Assembly: GCA_964016885.1 (NCBI GenBank)
Contig: OZ024740.1
Location: forward strand, 289,540,001 to 289,604,000
Direction of reading: 5' to 3'
Source: Eledone cirrhosa
Taxonomy: Eukaryota
DNA length: 64,000 nucleotides
Shown here: piece by piece, positions 13,114 through 26,000 of the stretch
Numbering within the stretch: position 1 is the first letter of the stretch
How the letters are laid out: every line of letters begins with the position of its first letter
Translations under genes and position numbers: made by a program
Notes under the pieces: model-generated
The model's input: the letters and a program-made list of their open reading frames with translations, nothing else
What the model was told of the DNA's origin: nothing
The model's database searches: none

Positions 13114-13299
13114 ATTGTTTCTACTTTTGGCACAAGGCCAGCAATTACCCAGTGCATTACTAGTACTTTATTTTATCGACCCTGTAAGGATGAATCGCAA
13201 AGTTAACCTTGGCGGGATTTGAACTCAGACCGTAATGGGATCTAACTATGCTAGAAAGCATAGCGTCCGACCTCCTACTGATACTGCCAATCCCCCGCC
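13114..13299 (-). mobile_element. tRNA-derived SINE inserted in the PLE pLTR
   Basis: Reverse complement of the SINE family; TSD aaacaaaagataat at 13102-13115 and 13300-13313. Confidence 0.9.
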
Positions 13300-13894
13300 A
13301 AACAAAAGATAATGGTCAAGAAAAAGGGACGGAGAGAGTTGTTCTGAGTATGACTGATGTGCTGAAATGTAATTTGATTGGTTATAAATGAAATTATGAC
13401 TGTCACGACATGAACAAGTACATTAAATTTCGCGCCCGTATTTGGGAAATTATTTTGTAGCTTTTTAGAGAATTTTGTGCCAAACAAAAGATAATGGTCA
13501 AGAAAAATGGGATGCGGAAAATTGTTTTGGTTTAGTGAATATGGCTGGTGCGCTGGGGTGTCAGAATTCAGATTTTCTATTGAAATAAAGAAAGTAGAGA
13601 TATGTATGTTTATTTGTGTGCTTGTATGTGTGTGTGTGTGTGTAGGAAGATGATTCTATTAGTAGAAATGGGGGAGAGAGTTGTGTGTGTGTATGGGTGT
13701 TATGTGTGTGTATATGTGTGTGTGGGAGTATGGTTAGCATGTTAAGATGGAGAGAATATATATATTTTGTTTGTATGTGTGTGTAGGAAAATGATTCCGT
13801 TAGTAGAAATGGGGGAGGGTGTTATGTGTGTGTGTGTGTGTGTGTATGTTTCTGTGTGGATGGTTAGCATGTTATGGTGTTGACATAATGTATA

Positions 13895-16085
13895 TTAAAC
13901 TATATTTAATGCTGGTCTATATTTTTGAATAAACATATTTTCCTTATTTATTCGTATTTGTTCTGTTGTATTGTCAGCGTAAAGATAAAATGGGAAGACT
14001 TGGAATTTGGGTGTTTTATTGCTTGCGCATATGTCTAGATGTGAACTGAGTGGTATCAGTCTTGTGGTAGGGTCTCGTAATTGTTGGCGATGAATTGTCA
14101 TTCTGTTTCTGAGTGTGAGTTTAGTTTGTCCTATATAATCTTCATTGCATCCTTTACATTTAATGGCATAAATCAGACTTTTTGATGAGCAAGTGAAATG
14201 ATTTTTTACAGCAAAATTTTGTCCTGATTGAAATGTATACGTGTTGCCTTCAATGAGGTGAGTGCAGGTTCCACAATTAGAGCGACCACATTTTTTGACA
14301 GTTGCTTGTGGGTTTGTGGTAAGTAATTTGGCATTGGCGAGTAATGTTTTTAGTGATTTCGGTTGTCTTTTGCTTTTGATTATTTTGTGTGTTTCAAGGG
14401 CTTTTTTCATTCTTGGGTCATATTTCAATAGTGGGATGTTCTTGTGAATAATGTTGTATGCTTCCGCATTTCTTGGGTTGTGTGTTGAGATATATAATAG
14501 AATATTTGACGTACCTTGAATTTGTTTCTGTTTTCGTAATTCATCAATGCCTATTGCTTTAGCCCTTTTTATTCCATTATTTATTAGTAATGGTGGGTAC
14601 TGTCTTTCGAGTAGAATTTCCTTTAATTCTTGAAATCTTTTATTTCGCGTTTCATAATTGGAGACAATTGTGCAAATTCTTCTTGCTAGTTTAAAAGGGA
14701 TGTTCGTCTTCGTGTGCTTTGGATGGTTGGAGGTGAATAGCAGGTATTGTTTGGAATCCGTTGGTTTGTAGTGTATGTCAGTTTCAATGTTTGTGTCTTT
14801 TTTTAAGATTAAAATATCCAGAAATGGGAGTTGATCTTGGCTGTATCCCATTGTGAATTGGGTGTGGTTATTGATGCCGTTAATTAAATTTTTGAAATCA
14901 TTTAGTTGGTCGAGTGTGTGAGACCAAAGAATGAGACAGTCATCCAAGTAGCGTTTCCAATTCTCTGACACATATTTGTGGAAGTTCAATCCGTATTTTG
15001 ATTTGGACTGTTCATATATCTGGACTTCCAAGTATGCCATGACTAAGTTGGCATAAGTTGGAGCGGCTTTTGTACCCATCGCAGGTCCCGATATTTGCTT
15101 GTAAGTACTGCTATCGAAATCAAAAAAGTTGTTCTGTAAAATAAATTTTAATCCCTCGGTGATGAAGCTTTTTTCTATTCTATCAGGTATCTCATTGGGA
15201 TATTTCTCTAGCCAGAATCCTATTGCTTCTAGTCCGAATTGGTGTGGCATCGTTGTGTTCACTACATCGAAAGACACAATAATAGTGTCGTTGTTGACAT
15301 GTTTGGGGAGGTAGTTTAAGAGGCCCAGATCGTCTCTTACAAGGCTTGGTATGTGTTTGAGAATTGGTTTTAGTAGTATGTCTATAAAGTTGCTTAGTCT
15401 GTGTGTTTCAATTTGTGGGTCCGCTACAATTGGTCTTAATTTAAGGTCTGTAGGGTATTGTGTGTTCACGAAGGTTAAGGTGGATTGTTTACAGGCATCG
15501 TTAATTATTTTACACTTGTGGATCTTCGGAAGTCCGTAAAGGTTGCTGGTTTTGTATTCAAAATGTGTTAAATAATCGCGTTCCTTTTTAGTTAAGTCTT
15601 CCTGGTATCAACAAATGAATGTGTTTAATCTGATCATCGTTTTTGATTGCTGGTAGTTTTTTACTCTTTCATAGTAGTTAGTATTTTGTAAGAGAGAGAA
15701 CATAGAATTTTTATATTGTTCAGCATCCATAATGACGACAGTACTTCCCTTGTCCGCTTCTTTAATTATAATGTCCGTATTGTTTTTTAGTTCATGGATA
15801 ATCTCCCATTCCCCTCGACTCGTGTTGGGTTTGGGTTTAGAGTGCGGTAGTTCATGGTATGGGAAAGTTGGTATGTGGTCATAAAATTTCCCCAGAACTC
15901 TGTTGGGTTCTAACTGCTTTTATTCCGTACAATTGATTGGTCGTTATTCTCCTTGTCAAAAACTTCCTCTGTGAGACGTAACTTTTTACAGAAGTGTGAG
16001 ATATCCTCATTTATCTCATTGAGGTTTGAGTATTGTGGTGTTGGTGTGAATGTTAGTCCTTTGGAGATAATTTTAATTTGTTGGG
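13895..16085 (-). pseudogene. PLE reverse transcriptase + C-terminal GIY-YIG endonuclease (open 13895-15469, disrupted further 5')
   Basis: LRPIV, SFDVVN, SGPAMGTKAAPTYANL, RYLDD, LPFLDI, CGRSNCGTC, LIYAIKC..YIGQT, E..FI..Y.P.LN; upstream IIIKEADKGS. Confidence 0.95.
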
Positions 16086-16717
16086 CGTGAATTTTAATTT
16101 GTTGGGCTCGAAATTTAATGTTAACGTGACAGTCATAATTTCATTTATAACCAATCAAATTACATTTATTTTAAAAAAGCCTTCGTGAGCCACCTTTTTT
16201 TAAAGTAAAAAGAAATTCAAACACAAACTGGCGCGAAAGCTGATGTGCTTATTCACGTGACTGCATCAACCAACCAAACTTCACTCATATATGAAAAAAC
16301 AACCTGAGCTCCGTATTTGTTTGAAGAACTTTGTAACGCGAACTGGCGCGAAATTTATTAAACTTATTCACCAACCAAATTACTTCTCTAAAAACTTGGC
16401 ATTTCGAACCACTTTTTTCCATATAAAACAAGTATCATTTAAAGACCAACCAGATGTGAGAAAAACCACAGACCCTCCATCTCAATTCTACTTTTGAAAA
16501 GCAGAAGAACAGATGTGAGAAAAACCACAGACCCTCCATCTCAACTCTACTTTTGAAAAGCAGAAGAACTGCGAAACCGGTAAAGGAACCAAATAAATAT
16601 ATATATTTAAAAAAAAAATAAGACTCCAGTTGCATTTTCGATTTCATCTCTTTTTCTTTATACTTTCACTCGTGTAGGACACCTCGGTTATTTTTCAATT
16701 TGTAAAAAAAACATCAC

Positions 16718-16790
<73 letters not shown>

Positions 16791-16824
16791 TGTAAAAGGT
16801 ATATATATATATATATACACATAT

Positions 16825-17073
16825 ACTGAAGTAAAAGTTAAGTGGAAATATCCAAGAGTAAGAGCACTCAGTCCATAGGACGAGTTTAGTGTAAATAATT
16901 ACAACAGTGACATAAACAGGTACTCAAGTTTCGTTGGGTTCTGGGCAACAATTCGTTCAGCCTGTCATGAGAAAAATAAAAAGTATTTTTCTTTTTTCTT
17001 TTTCTCATGACAGGCTGAAGAAATTGGGTCCCAGAACCCAACGAAACTTGAGTACCTGATTATGTCACTGTTG

Positions 17074-17080
<7 letters not shown>
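16825..17080 (-). mobile_element. Palindromic mini-PLE derivative with hammerheads
   Basis: Arms ~16895-16976 / 17000-17080; HHR 17011-17058 cagg-CTGAAGA-aa-ttgggt..acccaa-c-GAAA-cttgag-TA-cctg. Confidence 0.85.
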
Positions 17081-17140
<60 letters not shown>

Positions 17141-17143
<3 letters not shown>

Positions 17144-17330
17144 AACGAGTAGGACCCCGACGGCTGAGCTCAAGCCGTTTCGACGGCTAATTGCGTCCAG
17201 AATTAGCCGTCGAAACGGCTTGAGCTCAGCCGTCGGGGTCCTACTCGTTCCTATTACCCACTCTACTACCTCAAGTATTGAGTACTTTGGTGCGTTATGG
17301 TCCACCTGGTTCCTTACCACATTTCCTTCG

Positions 17331-17332
<2 letters not shown>
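17141..17332 (+). mobile_element. GC-rich palindromic mini-element with the 3' half of a hammerhead
   Basis: Arms 17141-17192 / 17201-17253; GAAA-cggc ttgagctca gccg-TC; related copies at 41128-41225 and 7690-7735. Confidence 0.7.
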
Positions 17333-17383
<51 letters not shown>

Positions 17384-17957
17384 TTTATATATACATATAT
17401 ATATATGTAGCAGGTGAACAGAAATAACAACACAATCGATTCAGTATATTGAAGTATTGAAGGAATATATTTGGTTAATGCTTGAAATAGCTGGAAGAGG
17501 GTCTTAATGTTTCGGACGCTAGTCTTACATCAGAAGAAAGAATGAGAAATTAGAAAGATCGAAGGGACGGGCGGGGCGGAATCAGAAAAAATTTTTTTAA
17601 AGAAAAGTCACAGGTCCATTCATGTTGTCATCTCCTGGCCAACTGTTGACCCTGGCGTTTTGTGTATGATATATTTTTTCAGAAAGGTAGATGATGGAGC
17701 GCGTCTACCTGAAATGGAAAAAAAAAACGTTTTGTATATAGAGCTATACGTGTGTACGTGCGTATGTGTGTGACTGCGTGCGTGTATGTGTGTGTGCGTG
17801 TGTTATACGTCCGTACGAAGCTAAGAGGATATGTGTGTGTACATATATATATATATATTATTAAGATAAACTTGGAGACCTGTTATTCTAGAGTTTCTGA
17901 AGGTCGTCAGGTGAAATGCCGGAGTAACAAGTATTCATTTCAGCGACTGATCTTGCT

Positions 17958-18046
<89 letters not shown>

Positions 18047-18299
18047 TGTATTATTGCTCGAATTCACAAGATCAATCCACTTTAGATGAATTCAATAGAT
18101 ATAAATATATGTTTCAACTCTTTAAGTATTTTCAATTTGACTATTTATCTTTATATCAATATATAGTGTTTAGTTTAAAAAGCCAAAGTTGTATGTAATT
18201 ATAGAACTTAGATAAGATGAAAGGAAAGGAATGAAACCGATCGTTAGATCAGAGCAAGGAATTAATCTTTCCATTGCTGATGCTATCTACTAACTGAAA

Positions 18300-18535
18300 C
18301 TCATGGTAGAAGGAAACGGAATTTGAACTCAGAATACAGAGAAGCGGGTGCGATACCACATAGTATTCTGTCTGACTTTAAACATTTCCACAAATACACC
18401 GACCTTGAACCGGTACTTTATTTATCGACCTTCTAAGGATGAATGTTAAAGTTAACCTCGATGGTATTTGGACTTAGAGCACAGAGTGACGGAACAAATA
18501 TCAAGGTGGTGATCTAACAACGCCGCCAATTCGGA
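18300..18535 (-). mobile_element. Diverged tRNA-SINE copies
   Basis: ggtactttatttatcgacc..aggatgaa..aaagttaacctc..ccgccaatt matches the reverse complement of the SINE family. Confidence 0.65.
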
Positions 18536-19149
18536 GTGAAATTAAAGTAATGATAAATATGTCCTGCTTCTTGCCCAATGGAAACGGTAGTGCTTTTGCA
18601 CAGACAGAAATTGACTGAACACCTCTTCCCCTACAAAAAAGACAAGACAAAGTATTCTATTATAACGACTATCAATGTATTCTAACATTTATTTTGTTTT
18701 TATGAACTACACTACATTTTGGGCAAGAGAAATATATTATATTCTTAGTAACTTTAATTTCTTTCAGCCTTCATCTCATCTAACTACACAAGCTTCGATT
18801 TTTGAACTGATCACTTTTGGTTCATAACGAAGGTACGTGACCTAACGGTTAGGATGTTGGATCAATACTTCGGTTAGGTGTGGATCAATACTTCGAGGGT
18901 GTTAGTTTTCATTTAATGCTCTCAAGCTTGGTTGAACTCTGGAGTTCATCCAGTTAATGCCTGCAAGACACAATGGACGTAAAATAACTCTAACTCACTC
19001 TTCACGAAGAGTGAGGAACCCACTACCTTAAGGCTGCTGTTGATCTTCTGAATGATTAACTGTCGCATTCTGAAAGAAGCACAAGGTTCGAAGGCAAACC
19101 TTCATAGAATATATTTTATTGATTTCCTTTTATTCAGCATCTATGAGTT

Positions 19150-19511
19150 TAACTAAGTATGACTCGTAGAAAATTCCACTTTTATTTCTTTACATTTGTA
19201 ATTCATCACCATTCTCTGAGATTGCGCACTAACATAATTAATTTTTTCCAACATTTTCTCTTTTGCATGACTTCGTTTAGTTCATATATATTTAGACCAT
19301 ACCATATGTGCACTTTGCCTCGCCAGTGCTTTAATGACCTGCGCTTATTTCTTTTACCCTGAATCATACCCTCCATACATGTTTCAGAAATACCAAAGAG
19401 CTTCAAGACTTTGCTTTTGATAATGTACATTAAAGGAACTAGATTAGCAGCTTCTAGTAGATACATGATTTTAATATCGTCGAATAGTTTGTAGTTTGTC
19501 ATGCACCTCAT
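19150..19511 (-). mobile_element. RTE/BovB-type LINE 3' fragment
   Basis: LKLFG..MEGMIQGKRNKRR..HW...W.GL..E...R..W, typical of the RTE C-terminus. Confidence 0.6.
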
Positions 19512-20026
19512 CTGTAATTATATTTCGTAAAATAATTGAGGCTTAGCGAGATAAAAATGTACAAAATAATTGGATGTCTGTTAATTTCAATGAAGCCTTC
19601 CATCATAAAAAGGTTCCTCGCCCTTATTCTACATTAACATACAATTACAATAGCTGCATTGAAAATACTTGACGAGTCGAAACATATTACAATTAATTTT
19701 ATAATTTTCTGTCACCGAATATTTGATATTAATTTGGCTTTTCTAATGTCAAAAGCCTGACATATGTATTTACACAATTCACTCTGAATATTTTGCTAAG
19801 GTTTTGATAAATTTGACCTTGGCAGCAACTAAGAGTCCTTGGTATTTTGGGAAGACTTCATCTCTGACTTTCCAACTGTCACAAGCAGCACAGAGTGAGT
19901 TTTTCTCCCGGCGGATATCTATTGATTTACAGCTTTCTTTGTGCTTCCCTTTTCTGTCTCCTACATACACATACATACACACAAACCCCCGTCTCCATCT
20001 TTCTCTCCCTCTCTTTCTTTCTCTCC

Positions 20027-20073
<47 letters not shown>

Positions 20074-20089
20074 AATCGATAAAATCACC

Positions 20090-20520
20090 AGCTATAACGG
20101 AAGAACTTTGACAAACCAATCAATGAATTGGTTATTTATTAAGTGTTTATCTAATTGATTAATAAGACCGAAGTGAAAGCAAACTGATGTATTTCATTTT
20201 TCTTGGCAGTAAGACCTACTCGAAGTACAACAATATCTGTTTCAACACACAATTTCACATCAAGTATCTCGCGAAACAAATACATATAAGAAAAAGAATT
20301 AAATAAATTATTGTTCTAATTATTTCACTTTTCCCGTCGACGTCTACAGCAGTACTTGCGGGTACACATTTTCTTAGTCTTTCTGTCAGGAACAAAAAAA
20401 AGAACAACATTTCTGCTGTTTCCAAATTTAGAAAAACAGAAACGTACAACTGACTAGAGAAAAGTATTTTAGTGTCACAAAAGTATCAGAAAATGTCGTG
20501 AAGTCTACACATCTGCTCAA
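20090..20520 (+). mobile_element. Diverged PLE pLTR/tail fragment of the 991/6670 family
   Basis: gaagtgaaagcaa..ttggcag..aagtacaacaatatctgtttcaacacac..atcaagtatctcgcgaaacaaat. Confidence 0.6.
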
Positions 20521-20809
20521 AAGATGTGCTCCTATGAAACATTTTATTTACCTGGGTGAAAAACTGTGGCCTATAACTTGGTATAAATATGCATTCACCT
20601 ATCACTTTCTCTTTCCACCTCCCTCTCTCATTCATGGTAGATGTTGACGCACAATCGAGATAAACTTTGAAGTATGTTAGCAAGGTGTGGTAAATAAATG
20701 TATACATATACACCAGGTCCAAACACAAAGGAACCAAACTCTCACTGTCAATGCCTCCGTCTCTCCCGCTTTCCCCAATTCTCAGTATTATTAGTAAATG
20801 GGGCCCACG

Positions 20810-21100
20810 CACTAGTTACCCCGCGACCCTGGCGGACAGAATAGAGAAGGCGTTTCCCCGGACGATGGTGAGGGATACGCGCTGGAAGAGACATTCCATC
20901 TCCCGAGGGTCACACCTGCAGGTAGCCAACTCTGCGCCGATGGTGGTGAGTACGGAGGTTGCCCCCCTAGAGTCAAGGACACCAGAAGTCTCCACTACTA
21001 CGGGCTCGACCGCAAACTTGCTGAAGAGCAACCGATATTTGGAGAGTTTACCCTCCTCATTCCGAAGTGCAGCAGAGCCTGGGTTAGTCGCAGAGTATAA
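20810..21100 (-). mobile_element. CRE-clade non-LTR retrotransposon, restriction-like endonuclease C-terminus
   Basis: GSAALRNEEGKLSKY..FAVEPVVVETSGVL..FQRVSLTIVRGNAFSIL. Confidence 0.8.
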
Positions 21101-21559
21101 TCACATTTTGCATTCTCTTCCACTACTGTCTTTTAACATGTAGGTATACCTGTTATAGACTTTCACAAGAATGAAGATATACACCAATATCGCAAGAATA
21201 TGACTCAACATCACATACACTGACGTCTTTTCAGTGGAGGATGCAGCTGCACAAGTGACCGAGTAATCGTCATTATTCTTGCCTATAACAACACAAGCGT
21301 GGAAACTGTGAAAATAGTGATATTTTATTGTCACGAATGCTTACACACTCCGATCGCCCCCCCCCCCCCAAAAAAAAAAAATGTTTCGTTGTCTGTATGT
21401 GTTTCCCAGAAGTTTATGTTTGTGTTAAAAATGGGGCACAAACGTTTGTGAGATAATAGCGCCACTCTGAAAATGTTTGTAACCCTTAAGCTAACACTAA
21501 GCATAAAAACGTAAGATAGCCAGAGACTACAAATACGACATATTCTAAATAAGTCTCTC

Positions 21560-21673
<114 letters not shown>

Positions 21674-21779
21674 CACTTTTTCACTCTTTCACTGTCTCTC
21701 TCTCTCTTTCTCTCTTGGGTGTATTTACAAACACCTGTAAATAAAAAGTACAAGCATATACACATTATTGGATGCTCTG

Positions 21780-21960
21780 ACTCTTCTGTATTCGTCCCCC
21801 TTTTGACAGGTTTTGTTTTTCATTCTACTGAGTGTCCAAAAATAATTTTCCTCACCAAGCAGGCTTGGTGGTGTTGCTGGTTTAATCATCACCGATGATG
21901 CGTCAATGTACCAGGTTGTACATGGTTACAAGTTACCGGCATCACTCACGAGTGACCTGC
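21780..21960 (-). mobile_element. 5' part of a non-autonomous RTE derivative
   Basis: Similar to 22860-23040 and 58700-58885; abuts (TACA)n. Confidence 0.65.
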
Positions 21961-21992
21961 CATGCATACATACATACATACATACATACATA

Positions 21993-22413
21993 CAACCGGC
22001 CTGCTATTGTTGTTTGGGACCACACATTGAAAACGTGTTCTGTTGTGGAGATCAGCTGCCCACTTGATGTAAACGTTGTCAGAAAAATACAGGAGAAGGA
22101 GGACATCTACGGACCATTGATGAGGAGTTTACAAATCCAGTATCCAAGATACACCTTTAGCTTCATACCCATCATTACTGGAGCTACAGGTTATACCAAC
22201 CCGCTTGGACAAAAGTATGACTGAACTTGGATTTGCTGACAAAGAGCGCAGCTCCCTAATTCATAGTCTACAAATGGCTGCGATAGCTGGCACCTTCAAA
22301 ATTTGCAAAACATTCTTGCGATTCAAGGGATGGCAATTTCTTTTCTTTTACAACCTTGCCACCAGGAAGGTGGCCGGTCAAAAAAATATACTCGAAATTA
22401 AGAGAAAGAGATA
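21993..22413 (+). mobile_element. R4/Dong-type LINE 3' fragment (family B)
   Basis: NRPAIVVWDHTLKTCSVVEISCP; near-identical to the 3' end of 29971-34146; (TACA)n on both sides. Confidence 0.9.
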
Positions 22414-22432
22414 ACATACATACATACATACA

Positions 22433-23041
22433 TGGTGGCTGCCAACTCGTTTTCGAGTGCGGCCACTACTTTATATCCATGTAGGAGAACCCCTACCGAT
22501 GCGCTGTACGAGTGTGACTTTTTAGTCCAGCCAGCGACTTGAAAACTCTGGTACAAACACTACACTTGTGACAATTATTGACACATAGTGCTGGGCCCAT
22601 GGTACCATGTGACGACAAGTGCAGAGAGATCTCCAGATATAAAGCAATGCCTGTGCCGTGAAGCTTTTATAGTGAGCAAAGGCACTGCACAAAGCCAGTC
22701 CTACTCTCTTAACCAAGATGATATTTACCAAAAAGAAGAACAAGTCAACATCATTGGATACCATCAGGGTTGCAGGTGTTATATCAGAGTTTTCCTTCTC
22801 CTAGAATTATGCCTTGACAAAGGCTAAGGGGTCATCTCTCCCGGTGATTTTGGATGGCCATTGACTCTTAAGAGCACCTTTGCCCTTTGACAGGTTTTGT
22901 TTTTAGTCCTGCAGGATGTCCAAAGTCACCCTCCTCACCAAGAAACCTTGGTGGGGTTGCCAGTTTAGTCGCCAACGACCCGACCATGAGACAGGTTGTA
23001 CTGGGATACATGTTACCAGTAGCACCAACTGGTGACCTGAC
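22433..23041 (-). mobile_element. Bipartite non-autonomous RTE derivative (RTE 5'UTR-like part + C2H2 finger 3' end, (ATGT)n tail)
   Basis: 3' end encodes CSVCTRVFKSLAGLKSHTRTAHR*; copies at 41945-42395 and 47388-47590; relatives at 27165 and 58360. Confidence 0.75.
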
Positions 23042-23088
23042 ATACATACATACATACATACATACATACATACATACATACATACATA

Positions 23089-26000
23089 GACAGTCAACGC
23101 AATCAGTCGCATATTTTGGCGTGGGAGACTATTTATTAAATTTAAGATGAATACTATCTCCTACAGTAATGCCACAACTACCGTCAGGTTGAATAACTGG
23201 TTATTCTTCTAACTATCCCTTCTGAAGACACCTTTTATTCGAATTCGTAGAGATATCCGACTAAATACATAATTCATTTTACAAGGATTTGCTATAAACA
23301 GCCTGGCTGAACACAACATCAACAAAAAAATTAAGGAAGTACCGAAGATAAATAACAAGGAAGGTAATCAAACTTTATTCAGTTGTAGCTTCAGAAGAAA
23401 CCGAAATTATAAATAACATTTCTCTTGGAGTTGCGAACTTAATAATGATTTATTTAATTGTTATAAAATGGCAAAAAACAATCCATTCATTGGCTATATG
23501 AATAGAATGAAGCTACACTGGGACGAAATGCACTCAGAGCTAAATTATTTCACAGCGAAACAATTACGCCAACAAGCGACGTTTGTTGAACGTAAAAATA
23601 AGATAAATATTATTAATTGTAAGTCCCCCACAACAAACATGTTATCAACAACACGTGCTACAGGTCGCCATGCTACTAGACTTCCTAGCAGCCAGGTCGA
23701 ACAGCGTCTTGAAATAACTATGCCTGTAAGAAACTTGACGCCACCTGTACAATCTAAGTCTACCTCGAATGCTGGGGAAAACACTATCGATAATAATAAA
23801 AATCGAATAAATGTGACACCACGTGTACCATCCCAGTCTACCTCGACTACTGTGGAAAATACTATCGATAATGATAATCCAAAGTATAAACAATTGAAAA
23901 TTTCCCTCAACGAAATCTTCCAGAGAGAAATTAACTCATGTATAAATATCTCTCTTGCTGAACGTGTTAAAACGACAATGTTGAATAAAAAACCAAATAA
24001 TGAAATATTACGTGTTATTGACGAAATAGGGGATGGATATTTACGACGGATAAAACCCCCAATATTTTGGCAAATCAACGCCTGTTTATATGCCTTAGCA
24101 ACGACAGGGAAGCATTATCTTGGTGATAGCAGAGATATTAACAAGAACAAAACACCACCAAAAATACCATCATATATAACTAAAATAGAAAAAAAGATTG
24201 CTGACCTACGAAAAAACATAGGATATGTGATAATGCTCCTTACATGCAAACAAACACAAAAAAACCTCACTCCTCACCAACAAAGAGTGAAAAATAAAAT
24301 AGAGACGATGTTTGGTAACAGTAGAACCAGAACTCTCCAATATAAGCTGATCACCCTCAAACAAGAATTGAGAGCTGTTAGCGAAAAACGCCGATGCCTG
24401 AAGAAGGTAGATGAGAGAAAAGTGCTTAATAAAAGATTCAGACGAAACCAAACATCAGTCTATAGAGATATGAAGGGCAAAATAATAAGTGTCACTGAGG
24501 CCCCATCCCAGAAAGACAGATTCCTTTTGGAGAAAAATATGGGGTGAAAAGAAGAATTTCAACCAAGATGCAGTGTGGCTAAGAGAAATCCGAAAGAACT
24601 ATTGCTCCTACACTACAACAAAAACATACGAAATAAGTGAGGGTACCCTTGAGACTGTGATAGGAAAACTCCAAGATAAGAAAACACCAGGAAGAGACAT
24701 CATTGTCGGCTACTGGTACAAAAATTTGATATTCTATCGGAGGTATCTTACTGACCTCTACCAACAAGTTCTTAAGGGAGATACACTTATACCGGAATGG
24801 TTGACATTAGCACAAACGTTACTAGTCCCCAAGAACAAAGACACCAACTTGGCAAAAAACTACCGACCCATTGCATGCCAGAACCTGATGTATAAGATGT
24901 ATACAGCCTGCCTGAACCTATTCCTCCAAGATCACTGTGAAAATAATAACATCATCACAGATGAACAAGCAGCTGGAAATTAAGGGGTTTGGGGATGTGC
25001 TGAAAAAACTCCTAATCAACAAAACTGCGATGTCGGAGGTGCGACAACTTAGGGGGAATATGACTACAGTCTGGCTGGACTACAGGAAAGCTTTCGATTC
25101 TGTTCACCACTCTTGGGTAATAGAGGCCCTCCAACTTGCTAAAGTCCCAGACACTATTCGGCCGGATATTTCTTCTTGGGCCTCTATCCTAAGACAGAGA
25201 GGGAGGACTCTATTTTCAGTGATAAAATAAAATATTGCAGGGGTATATTTCAGGGGGACAGTCTCTCTGTGATATAATTCATCTTGTCATTAAACCCCTC
25301 GTCCTTTCTGCTCAAGAAATGTGAGGTATACATCATTGGCTCACAGGAGGACAGAAATACGACCCTAACCCATAATTTCTTTGTGGACGATCTGAAACTC
25401 TATGCCAAGAACATGGATGGGATGAAGAAAAATCTTGACCTGGTTACAACGTTCTCAAAGGATATAGGAATGGAGTTTGGCCAAGATAAATGCTCATACA
25501 TGACTGTAAAGCGGGGAAAAACAACAACCCAATCTAGCAACATTGTCATCAATGGCCTAACTGTTTCACCGATATCTGATGAGGACTGCTACAGATACCT
25601 GGGGATAGATGAGAACATATCCTATAATGGTATCTGTAATAAAGAACGCGTAACCAGGGAATACTACACCCGATTAAGTCATCGGAACTCTCTGCGCAAA
25701 ACAAAACAGTGGCTCACAATGTGTTTGCTGTGCCTGTCCTAACACCAACGTTTGGAATACTCAATTGGACGATAGACGAAATCCGAGCAGTTGATGTTGG
25801 AACTCGAAAAATACTGAACAACACCGGAAACTTCCACACCAACAGTGACATAGACCGCCTTTACTTGAAACATAAGCAGGTAGACAGAGGCCTAACATCA
25901 GTCCAGACAACATTTGAATGTCGCATCATATCTCTCCGACAACATCTACGAACCTCGAAGCGTAGAAGCCCGTTTCCCGAGCAAGACTAGCTGCATGAAA

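Larger units (their letters stand above)
12523..16725 (-). mobile_element. Neptune-type Penelope-like element with ~550-600-bp inverted terminal repeats
   Basis: 12523-13058 is the reverse complement of 16104-16725; encloses the RT-GIY-YIG ORF; (TA)n at both ends. Confidence 0.92.

Noticed and set aside
17490-17540. Further HHR-like motifs at 9065-9095, 17495-17535, 17885-17915, 37405-37460, 41722-41768 and 48045-48090
   Set aside because: Core nucleotides are mutated or stems missing; probably decayed pLTR ribozymes but not supportable individually
18740-19100. Possible host exons after polypyrimidine-AG sites (18767, 43573, 62699)
   Set aside because: No convincing ORF or donor pairing; cannot be supported without transcript data
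22930-23040. HDV-like ribozyme in the RTE-derivative 5' end (..ggcgaCTAAactgg)
   Set aside because: No consistent P1/P3 could be built, and the relative at 58780-58880 supports a simple long hairpin instead
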